DNA from: Thalassolituus maritimus
GTDB taxonomy: Bacteria; Pseudomonadota; Gammaproteobacteria; Pseudomonadales; Oceanobacteraceae
Reading direction: 5' to 3' (one strand)
Assembly: GCF_040372045.1 (NCBI RefSeq)
Contig: NZ_BAABWH010000008.1
DNA length: 32,000 bases
Shown in pieces: positions 25,306 through 32,000 of this stretch. Within the stretch, counting starts at the first letter, position 1, and every line of letters starts with the position of its first letter. The translations under genes were made by a program, and so were the position numbers. Below the pieces are notes generated by a model. That model was given only the letters and a program-made list of their open reading frames with translations. It had not been told where the DNA came from and made no database searches.

Positions 25306-27015
25306 ATGGCCGCTTATAAGGTCCTGATTGCAGACGATAACAGCGTTGACCGAAAGGTGTTGTCCCGCGTCGTTCGCAATCAAGGAAATGATGTTATTGA
25401 GGCTACGAATGGATTCGAAGCCGTTGATTTATTTAAAGAGCACCGGCCCGACATTGTCCTGATGGACGTCATGATGCCTGGCCTTAACGGAAAGGAAGCG
25501 ACCCGTCAGATCAAGAAGATCGCCGACGAAGACTTTATTCCTGTTATTTTCCTCACCTCTCTGTCCGACGCTCAGAGTCTCGCTGATTGCCTGGACTCCG
25601 GCGGCGATGATTTTCTGACCAAGCCGTACAACCATATCGTGTTACAGGCGAAGATTGATTCCTATCATCGCATGTCTGAAATGCATCGGACCTTGCTCCA
25701 TCAGCGTGATGAAATCGCGCGGGTTAACAAGCATATGCTGCAAGAGCAGCGGGTGGCGAAAGCGGTATACGACAACGTTGCACATGCGGGTTGTCTTGAT
25801 GCCTCGAACATTCGTTACGAACTGTCGCCTCTGGCCGTTTTTAATGGGGATGTATTATTGGCGGCGCGAAAGCCCGGCGGTGGCATGCACGTCTTGCTTG
25901 GTGATTTTACTGGACATGGCTTACCTGCCGCCATTGGTGCGATGCCAATGGCCGACATCTTTTACGGTATGACGGCAAAAGGCTTCGGCTTGCGTGAGGT
26001 TCTGCGCGAAGTGAATCAGAAGCTCAAGAGTGTCTTACCCGTTGGTTTTTTCTGCTGTGCTGCGGCAGTGGACATGGCGCCGGACAGACAAGCAGCCAGT
26101 GTTTGGATGGGTGGCGTACCGGATTGTTATCTGCTGCGCAAAGACGGCCAGATGATTGAGACATTGTCCTCCCGGCATCTGCCTTTGGGTGTGATGTCCG
26201 CTGATAAATTTAATGATCAGATGACCGAGTTCTCGATGGCAATGGGGGATCGCTTGTTCTTGTGGTCGGACGGGATTATCGAGGCGCGCAACGATTACGG
26301 TGATATGTTTGGTCAGGAGCGCCTGCTCAACGTTGTCCGGGATTCGGCCCACGCGAATCATGTCTTTGATGATATTCAACGAGCGGTCGATGAGTTCGTT
26401 GATGGGACAGAACAGGACGATGATACGACGCTGATTGAAGTCATCATGACTGACATGCTGGAACGTGAAGAATCCGGTGCGGTAACCAAAACAGGTAACA
26501 CCGTCGGTCCGCGGGATTGGAGCATGGACTATTGTCTGGAAGCCTCTACTCTGCAGAACTTTAACCCCGTTCCTCTGATGAACCATATCATGATGGAAGT
26601 TCCGGGCCTCCGAGCAATTGGTGGGCAGTTGTACACGGTTGTCGCAGAGTTGTTCTCTAATGCCTTCGAACACGGCGTATTGGGATTGAGTTCATCGCTT
26701 AAACAGTCACCCGACGGATTTATGGCGTACTATCAACAACGTGAAGCACGGGTTGCTGCACTGAGCGAAGGATTTGTACGCTTCCGTATGGATCACACAG
26801 GGGACGGCGATTCAGGCGTGCTTACTCTGACAGTGAGCGACAGCGGTGAGGGATTTGATTACGCTGGTGCTTATACGTCCGATGCAAACCAGAATGACTA
26901 TTCCGGTCGGGGGATTCCTCTGCTTCGCACCATCTGCGACACTATTGAGTATCGTGGAAAGGGCAACGAAGTTGTGGTGACAATTCCCTGGCCAATGGAG
27001 CAGGCGGATGCTTGA
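25306..27015 (+). CDS. hsbR: Response regulator with PP2C/SpoIIE phosphatase and C-terminal RsbW-like Ser kinase (HATPase) domains, HsbR-like
   Basis: REC domain (VLIADDNSVDR, DIVLMDVMMPGLNG, TKPY); PP2C motifs GDFTGHGLPAA and QDDDTTLIEV; C-terminal GHKL-like ELFSNAFEHG and VSDSGEGFD. Confidence 0.85.
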   Translation: MAAYKVLIADDNSVDRKVLSRVVRNQGNDVIEATNGFEAVDLFKEHRPDIVLMDVMMPGLNGKEATRQIKKIADEDFIPVIFLTSLSDAQSLADCLDSGGDDFLTKPYNHIVLQAKIDSYHRMSEMHRTLLHQRDEIARVNKHMLQEQRVAKAVYDNVAHAGCLDASNIRYELSPLAVFNGDVLLAARKPGGGMHVLLGDFTGHGLPAAIGAMPMADIFYGMTAKGFGLREVLREVNQKLKSVLPVGFFCCAAAVDMAPDRQAASVWMGGVPDCYLLRKDGQMIETLSSRHLPLGVMSADKFNDQMTEFSMAMGDRLFLWSDGIIEARNDYGDMFGQERLLNVVRDSAHANHVFDDIQRAVDEFVDGTEQDDDTTLIEVIMTDMLEREESGAVTKTGNTVGPRDWSMDYCLEASTLQNFNPVPLMNHIMMEVPGLRAIGGQLYTVVAELFSNAFEHGVLGLSSSLKQSPDGFMAYYQQREARVAALSEGFVRFRMDHTGDGDSGVLTLTVSDSGEGFDYAGAYTSDANQNDYSGRGIPLLRTICDTIEYRGKGNEVVVTIPWPMEQADA

Positions 27016-27343
27016 TATCGATGCGTTAGCGACACTGCGGGAGATTATGGAGGATGAATTTTCTCCCCTGATTGAGTTGTATATTCGCGACAGTGATCAG
27101 CGTTTTCCTGCGATGCGGGAAGCGCTTCGCGAAAATGATGCAGAAGGTGTCAGACTACTGGTGCACAGCCTTAAGGGTGCAAGCAGTAATGTTTGCGCTG
27201 CCGATCTCGCAGAGCATGCTCATTGCGTGGAACAAATGGCCATCGACGGAAAAGTCGACCAATTGGCGACTGCGGTCGATGCACTCGAATCAGATTACCT
27301 GCAGGTTCGCCAGTCTCTTCATTCGTATATCACTTCCGCATAA
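27008..27343 (+). CDS. hptB: Histidine phosphotransfer (Hpt) protein, HptB-like
   Basis: 111 aa with the Hpt motif HSLKGASSNVCA. Its ATG overlaps the end of the preceding gene (ATGCTTGA), which suggests translational coupling. Confidence 0.8.
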   Translation: MLDIDALATLREIMEDEFSPLIELYIRDSDQRFPAMREALRENDAEGVRLLVHSLKGASSNVCAADLAEHAHCVEQMAIDGKVDQLATAVDALESDYLQVRQSLHSYITSA

Positions 27344-27420
27344 GCGCCCATTTCTCTATTGGCAGCCTACTGACTCTTAATCGAGTTTCAACCAACTACT
27401 CACCCTATTCCAGAGCATTC

Positions 27421-27436
27421 TGGCCCGCCTTTTGCG
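27421..27436 (+). promoter_or_regulatory. Sigma54 promoter of fliK
   Basis: TGGCCCGCCTTTTGCG, with GG at 27422-27423 and GC at 27434-27435, N10 apart. It lies 35 nt upstream of the fliK ATG. Confidence 0.65.
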
Positions 27437-27470
27437 ATACACCCGGTAACCCAGATAACAGGAGACCGGG

Positions 27471-28865
27471 ATGAACCCTTCTCTACCAAACAGTCCACTC
27501 GCGTCATTGATGATGTCGCTCGGTGGTAGCATTGACTTTAACTCCCTGGAAGTCAGTCAGGACGGGGCTTCTGGCCTGACTGACTTTTCTGATTTGCTTA
27601 GTGGTATGCAGTTAGCTGCGGTTCCTTTGGATGGCAAACAGTCTGCATTAGCGGCAATGACAGAAGGCGAGGATTTGCCGCTGACGTTGCCACTCGTATC
27701 AACATCGGACAGCGCTTTAGCTGGGCTGACTGATGAGGCGGCTTCTGCCATTGATGTTGCTGTGCCGAACGATAAAGAGAACGCCGCGACGGACAGTGGG
27801 ATGGCAGATAACCTGATGGTTCAGATCAAGACTGGTAGTGATATTTCAGTCAGATATGTGGATCAGAACGAAACACAGAGCCAGCGTTCAGCGTCAGACG
27901 CAGACCTGTTAGACGATGAGAGTGCACTTGTATTGCCAGAAGGTGAGCAACAAGCGGTAACAGGAGCGGTGGTTGCAGCGGGGCAGTCCGGAAACACCGG
28001 TCCAGTCACTTCGGCGTCTGTGTCAGCGGCCACTGTTTCAGGTCGAGCTTCTAATGCACAGCCCGTTGCGAGCTCATTGAAACAGACACAGTCGCGGCAG
28101 GTGAACTCCGAAAGGGATCTGAGTAGCACTGCAGCTGCAAGCATGGATGATTCATTGGCCGAAGCGGAGGAAGGCAGCGAGACCTTCAGACCCGTCACTG
28201 CAACCGATGCGGATTCAGACCGATCGGGATTGATGGAAATGGGGCGCGAGACGGCTAAAGGCCTCAGTTCTATGGTTCAACCTCAAGCAAGTGCAGCTGC
28301 GACCACAACCACAACGCCCACGGCTGCTCTGTCAGACGCGGGAGCGGATGGTCTGATGCCAGAGGAGGCCTCAGAAGAGTTCTCTTTCGAGGAAAACTTC
28401 GAGCAAACGTTGCAGCGACAGTCACGCGAACGCCTGGAGTTTGGTCAGGATAAGCGCGAGTGGACCCCAGCTCTGGGGGCCCGCTTAATGACGATGGTTG
28501 CCAATGATGTTCAGCAGGCAAGGATTCAGCTAGATCCACCTGAGCTTGGTAGTCTGGAAATCAAAATGCAGATTCAGCAGGACCAGGCCACCGTGCAGGT
28601 AAGCGCGCAAAGCCATCAGGTGAAAGATGTGCTGGATTCCGGCGCACAGCGTTTACGAGACGCTTTGGCAGCAGAGGGCATTGAATTAAGCGAGTTCTCG
28701 GTATCGGCAGATTCCGGGCAGGGTAAGTCTGATTCCGGTTCAGAATCGGGAGACGGGTCAGGTCAGGGACTCGCCAGCGGCGAATCGGCTGAGTCCGACG
28801 AACTGGTGGGCGTTAACAAAGCGCATACGCCAGCGCCTGATGCCTTACTGGATACCTTTGCCTGA
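27471..28865 (+). CDS. fliK: Flagellar hook-length control protein FliK
   Basis: The protein is Ala/Ser/Thr/Gln-rich and low-complexity over most of its length. It has the conserved C-terminal Flg_hook region ARIQLDPPELGSLEIKMQIQQDQATVQVSAQSHQVKDVLDSGAQRLRDALAAEGIEL and lies before fliL. Confidence 0.85.
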   Translation: MNPSLPNSPLASLMMSLGGSIDFNSLEVSQDGASGLTDFSDLLSGMQLAAVPLDGKQSALAAMTEGEDLPLTLPLVSTSDSALAGLTDEAASAIDVAVPNDKENAATDSGMADNLMVQIKTGSDISVRYVDQNETQSQRSASDADLLDDESALVLPEGEQQAVTGAVVAAGQSGNTGPVTSASVSAATVSGRASNAQPVASSLKQTQSRQVNSERDLSSTAAASMDDSLAEAEEGSETFRPVTATDADSDRSGLMEMGRETAKGLSSMVQPQASAAATTTTTPTAALSDAGADGLMPEEASEEFSFEENFEQTLQRQSRERLEFGQDKREWTPALGARLMTMVANDVQQARIQLDPPELGSLEIKMQIQQDQATVQVSAQSHQVKDVLDSGAQRLRDALAAEGIELSEFSVSADSGQGKSDSGSESGDGSGQGLASGESAESDELVGVNKAHTPAPDALLDTFA

Positions 28866-28890
28866 GAGGTGTGAGTATGGCTGCCTACAA

Positions 28891-28920
28891 CCCTGCCAAG
28901 TACTGGCAGGGTTCGCTTTC
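28891..28920 (+). terminator. Possible terminator or attenuator hairpin after fliK
   Basis: A perfect 8-bp GC-rich stem, CCCTGCCA-AGTAC-TGGCAGGG (28891-28911), is followed by the moderately T-rich TTCGCTTTCT. The T-tract is weak. Confidence 0.45.
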
Positions 28921-29102
28921 TAGTGTGCGTGGCGTTTCTCTTCTAGGCTTCTTGCTTTTGCGCTTCTGGGTTCCCACATCATAAAACTTACCACCAACTA
29001 ATCACTGCGCCTTCCCATTTTCCGTCGGTCAAGATGACGGAATCCCTTCTACACTGAAATCAACTGCATGTTATTGGGTGTCATTATTTTGGCGAAATAA
29101 CG

Positions 29103-29118
29103 TGGCACAAGCTTTGCA
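29103..29118 (+). promoter_or_regulatory. Sigma54 promoter of fliLMNOP
   Basis: TGGCACAAGCTTTGCA fits TGGCAC-N5-TTGCA exactly and lies 30 nt upstream of the fliL ATG. Confidence 0.8.
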
Positions 29119-29147
29119 AAATTGACTTCATACAGGAGAAACATCTC

Positions 29148-29678
29148 ATGGCGAAAGAACAAGACCTCAAGCTAGAGGGACAGGAAGGCGAAGAAGAGCA
29201 GACCGGTGGTGGCAAGAAAAAGCTCATCATTATTATCGGTATTGTCCTTGTCGTCCTGTTGGCCGGTGGCGGCGCTGCGGCCTTCTTCCTGCTGGGTGGA
29301 GAGGAAGAAGAGGCGGCCGAAGAAGAGGTGGTTGAAGAAGTCGTCGAGGAACCGGTTATTCCAGCCGTATACGTAAAACTGAAGCCCGAGTTTGTCATCA
29401 GTTTTCAGGTTGGAACGCGTCAGCGCTTCGTACAGGCAAGTATCGAAATTATGACGCGTCAGCAATCCATCGTTGATGCACTTGAGCTGCATGAGCCGAT
29501 GGTACGCAATGAAGTGATCAATATCGTCAGTCGTCAGGAGTTCGCCACATTGCGGACGGCCGAGGGTCGAGTGGCACTTCAGGGCGCATTGAAGGCAGCC
29601 CTGACAGATATGATGAAACGGGAAGCAGGCTCCGAAGGAGTTGAAGCTGTGCTGTTTACCAATTTTGTAATGCAGTAG
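29148..29678 (+). CDS. fliL: Flagellar basal-body-associated protein FliL
   Basis: Single N-terminal TM segment (LIIIIGIVLVVLLAGGGAAAFFLLG), then the FliL core YVKLKPEFVISFQ...FVQASIEIMT...LRTAEGRVALQ. Synteny fits. Confidence 0.85.
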   Translation: MAKEQDLKLEGQEGEEEQTGGGKKKLIIIIGIVLVVLLAGGGAAAFFLLGGEEEEAAEEEVVEEVVEEPVIPAVYVKLKPEFVISFQVGTRQRFVQASIEIMTRQQSIVDALELHEPMVRNEVINIVSRQEFATLRTAEGRVALQGALKAALTDMMKREAGSEGVEAVLFTNFVMQ

Positions 29679-29686
29679 GAAATAGT

Positions 29687-30655
29687 GTGCAGGATTTACT
29701 GTCGCAAGATGAAATTGATGCCTTATTGCATGGCGTAGATGACGGTGACATCGGCCCGGAAGAAGAGGTCGATGCTGCTGGCATTAAATCGTACGACCTG
29801 ACCAGCAACGACCGCATTGTTCGCGGTCGGATGCCAACGCTGGAAATGATCAACGAGCGCTTTGCACGATACACCCGCATCAGCATGTTTAACTTCCTGC
29901 GACGCAGTGCCGACGTTGCGTCTGGCGGAGTGCAGATTATGAAGTTTGGTGAGTACATACATACCTTGTATGTACCGACCAGTCTTAACCTAGTGAAAAT
30001 GCGCCCGCTGCGTGGAACAGCCCTGTTTATTCTGGACGCTAAGCTGGTCTTTAAATTAGTAGACAACTTTTTTGGTGGTGACGGCCGGCACGCGAAAATC
30101 GAAGGCCGTGAATTTACACCGACCGAAGTCAGGGTAGTGCAGCTCATTCTGACGCAGGTGTTCAATGACATGATGGAAGCCTGGTCGCCGGTGATTCCCG
30201 TCGAATTCGAATACGTGGGTTCAGAAGTGAATCCGGCGATGGCGAATATCGTTAGCCCCAGTGAAGTGGTGGTAGTCAGTACCTTCCATATTGAGCTGGA
30301 CGGCGGTGGTGGTGACCTGCACCTGACCATTCCTTATTCCATGATCGAACCCATGAGAGAGGTGCTGGACGCAGGTTTCCAGAGTGATGTCGACGATGTC
30401 GACGAGCGCTGGCAGCAATCAATGCGCGAAGACATTCTCGATGCGCCGGTTGAGATACACGGTACTTTGGTTCAACGCGATATATCGCTGCGCGAAGTGG
30501 CAGCGTTAAAAACCGGCGATGTTATTCCAATAGAAATGCCCGAGCATTTTACCCTCGAAGCCAACGGTATTCCGATTTTCACAGGGAAAATGGGTATTTC
30601 TAATGACAATCTGGCCGTAAAAATTAAAGACCAGATTAAACACAGAAAACGCTGA
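29687..30655 (+). CDS. fliM: Flagellar motor switch protein FliM
   Basis: The N-terminal CheY-P binding motif LSQDEIDALL is present. 322 aa, GTG start with an AGGA RBS. The C-terminal SpoA-like region is LKTGDVIPIEMPE. Confidence 0.95.
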   Translation: MQDLLSQDEIDALLHGVDDGDIGPEEEVDAAGIKSYDLTSNDRIVRGRMPTLEMINERFARYTRISMFNFLRRSADVASGGVQIMKFGEYIHTLYVPTSLNLVKMRPLRGTALFILDAKLVFKLVDNFFGGDGRHAKIEGREFTPTEVRVVQLILTQVFNDMMEAWSPVIPVEFEYVGSEVNPAMANIVSPSEVVVVSTFHIELDGGGGDLHLTIPYSMIEPMREVLDAGFQSDVDDVDERWQQSMREDILDAPVEIHGTLVQRDISLREVAALKTGDVIPIEMPEHFTLEANGIPIFTGKMGISNDNLAVKIKDQIKHRKR

Positions 30656-30667
30656 CAGGAGCAGGTT

Positions 30668-31198
30668 ATGAGTGACGATAAAGATCAGGATCAGTCACCC
30701 GAAGAAGAGCTGGACCCACAAAAACTTGCTGACGAAGTTGCTGGCGGGATAGAAGAAGCGAGCGCCGAAGCCGATGCTGGGGACGGGGAAGACGACCAGG
30801 CATTAGCTGACGAGTGGGCTGCTGCGATGGAAGAGGCCGGCGACGAGGAAGGCGCTGGAGATGATGCCGCTGATGATCCGATTAAACAGGTGGAGCTCGA
30901 CGAGCTTCAGGACGAGGGGCAGCCGGTTGGCGGAGACAACCCTGAGCTGGAAGTTATTCTGGATATTCCTGTGCGGATTTCGATGGAAGTCGGTGCAACG
31001 AAAATCCCGATCCGTAACTTGCTGCAGCTGAATCAAGGTTCCGTTGTAGAACTGGATCGTCTTGCTGGTGAGCCTTTGGATGTGCTGGTAAACGGTACAC
31101 TCATCGCACACGGTGAAGTAGTAATGGTGAACGATAAGTTTGGTATTCGTTTAACTGACGTGGTGAGCCAGAGTGAACGTATACACCGCTTGCGTTAA
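30668..31198 (+). CDS. fliN: Flagellar motor switch protein FliN
   Basis: Acidic N-terminal region, then the conserved SpoA domain LEVILDIPVRISMEVGATKIPIRNLLQLNQGSVVELDRLAGEPLDVLVNGTLIAHGEVVMVNDKFGIRLTDV. Confidence 0.9.
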   Translation: MSDDKDQDQSPEEELDPQKLADEVAGGIEEASAEADAGDGEDDQALADEWAAAMEEAGDEEGAGDDAADDPIKQVELDELQDEGQPVGGDNPELEVILDIPVRISMEVGATKIPIRNLLQLNQGSVVELDRLAGEPLDVLVNGTLIAHGEVVMVNDKFGIRLTDVVSQSERIHRLR

Positions 31199-31586
31199 AA
31201 GTTTCCTGCTCCTGTCACTCGGCAGCTTAGTGCGAGCTGAGGAGCAGGCTCCGGTCCTGATGCAGACCTCGCCTATGGCCAGTGGCGGCAAGGTTGTGTT
31301 GTTTTTGCTTCTTGTTGTAGGGCTGATTTTAGGCCTGGCATGGTTGGTCAATAAAACCCGGGTTGGTCAGTTTGCATCTCAGGGTCAGCACCTTAAAACA
31401 CTGGCTGTGCTTCCGCTCGGGCAACGCGAAAAAGTAGCGATTATTCAAGCTGGCGATCAACAGTTAGTGATAGGTGTGACGCCGAATGGAATTAACACAC
31501 TGGCGACGCTTGACCAGCCGTTACCTGAAGTCGAGCAAAAGCCTGCAGACTTCGCCGATATTCTCCGTAAGGCGGTACGTAAATGA
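31173..31586 (+). CDS. fliO: Flagellar export apparatus protein FliO
   Basis: Small protein between fliN and fliP with one TM segment (VVLFLLLVVGLILGLAWLV) and the FliO-like LAVLPLGQREKVAIIQAGDQQLVIGVT. The GTG start at 31173 is uncertain; in-frame ATGs lie further downstream. Confidence 0.7.
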   Translation: MNVYTACVKSFLLLSLGSLVRAEEQAPVLMQTSPMASGGKVVLFLLLVVGLILGLAWLVNKTRVGQFASQGQHLKTLAVLPLGQREKVAIIQAGDQQLVIGVTPNGINTLATLDQPLPEVEQKPADFADILRKAVRK

Positions 31587-32000
31587 AGGCGCTTGTACTG
31601 TCTTTTCTGATGGTCTTTTCTTCGTTGGCGCTGGGTGCTGATCCGGGTTCCGTTGTGGACCCAAGTATTCTGACGCCGTCTGGAAATACCGGTATTCCTG
31701 CCGTTGTGTACACCGCAACAGACAACGGTGGCCAATACTCTGTCACGATTCAGATTCTGGTCTTGATGACGCTACTGACGGTACTGCCGTCATTACTCAT
31801 CATGATGACGTCGTTTACGCGTATTATCGTTGTCTTAGCGATTCTGAGACAGGCAATTGGTCTTCAGCAAACGCCATCGAATCAGGTGTTACTTGGCCTG
31901 TCTTTATTCCTGACTTTATTTATCATGATGCCGGTGTTCCGTGTCGTGAACGTTGAGGCGATTCAGCCGTATTTATCGGAGGAAATCTCCCCGCTCGAAG
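31583..32000 (+). CDS. fliP: Flagellar export apparatus protein FliP (3'-truncated by the window edge)
   Basis: Own translation from the ATG at 31583, which overlaps the fliO stop (ATGA). It gives MKALVLSFLMVFSSLALGADP.. (signal peptide), then ..IQILVLMTLLTVLPSLLIMMTSFTRIIVVLAILRQAIGLQQTPSNQVLLGLSLFLTLFIMMPV, the highly conserved FliP core. It is absent from the ORF track, presumably because no stop codon falls within the window. Confidence 0.9.
   Translation, partial: MKALVLSFLMVFSSLALGADPGSVVDPSILTPSGNTGIPAVVYTATDNGGQYSVTIQILVLMTLLTVLPSLLIMMTSFTRIIVVLAILRQAIGLQQTPSNQVLLGLSLFLTLFIMMPVFRVVNVEAIQPYLSEEISPLE

Noticed and set aside
26035-26673. Minus-strand ORF of 212 aa antisense to the HsbR-like gene
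   Set aside because: It is antisense to the PP2C domain coding region, which has clear motifs on the plus strand. It is an off-frame artefact.
29656-30330. Minus-strand ORF of 224 aa antisense to fliM
   Set aside because: It is antisense to a highly conserved fliM reading frame. The translation is Ser/Thr/Arg/Pro-rich with no domain signature.
1-32000. Search for mobile-element genes, integrases, tRNA or rRNA genes, toxin-antitoxin pairs or defence islands
   Set aside because: Every long ORF is accounted for by housekeeping, flagellar or chemosensory functions. I saw no cloverleaf-like tRNA sequence in the intergenic regions, and no terminal inverted repeats other than the REP family. Absence was judged by eye only. 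A tRNA/ncRNA scan and an IS database search would be needed for certainty.

Overview
This window is a chromosomal segment from a gammaproteobacterium with a Pseudomonas-style, FleQ/FleSR/sigma54-controlled polar flagellum. The organism cannot be named from the sequence alone. All calls rest on reading the supplied ORF translations and the DNA by eye; no searches were run.

Layout:
- The 3' end of lysS is followed by a REP-like hairpin repeat array.
- ung follows, then a larger array of the same repeat family. A 9-bp variable-copy tandem repeat is nested inside its units.
- A divergently transcribed 673-aa TPR + SAM-methyltransferase gene comes next.
- A flagellar region runs from there to the window end: fliS, fleQ, fleS, fleR, fliE-F-G-H-I-J, then fliK-L-M-N-O-P (fliP partial).
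- Between fliJ and fliK sit two signalling modules.
  - The first is an eight-gene Che2/F7-like chemosensory operon: STAS, cheY, cheA, cheW, a soluble five-PAS receptor, cheR, cheD, cheB.
  - The second is an HsbA/HsbR/HptB-like partner-switch module.

Four canonical GG-N10-GC sigma54 promoters precede fleS, fliE, fliK and fliL. A near-canonical one precedes the TPR-methyltransferase. A sigma28-like promoter precedes fliS.

I found no transposase or integrase genes, tRNA or rRNA, CRISPR arrays or recognisable defence genes.

The items most worth follow-up are:
- the five-PAS Aer2-like receptor ending in DWEEF;
- the extra STAS gene heading the che operon, next to a second STAS/phosphatase-kinase module;
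- the flagellum-linked TPR-methyltransferase;
- the REP arrays with their nested 9-bp repeat.

Nothing here can be shown to be a new system from sequence alone. These are hypotheses.
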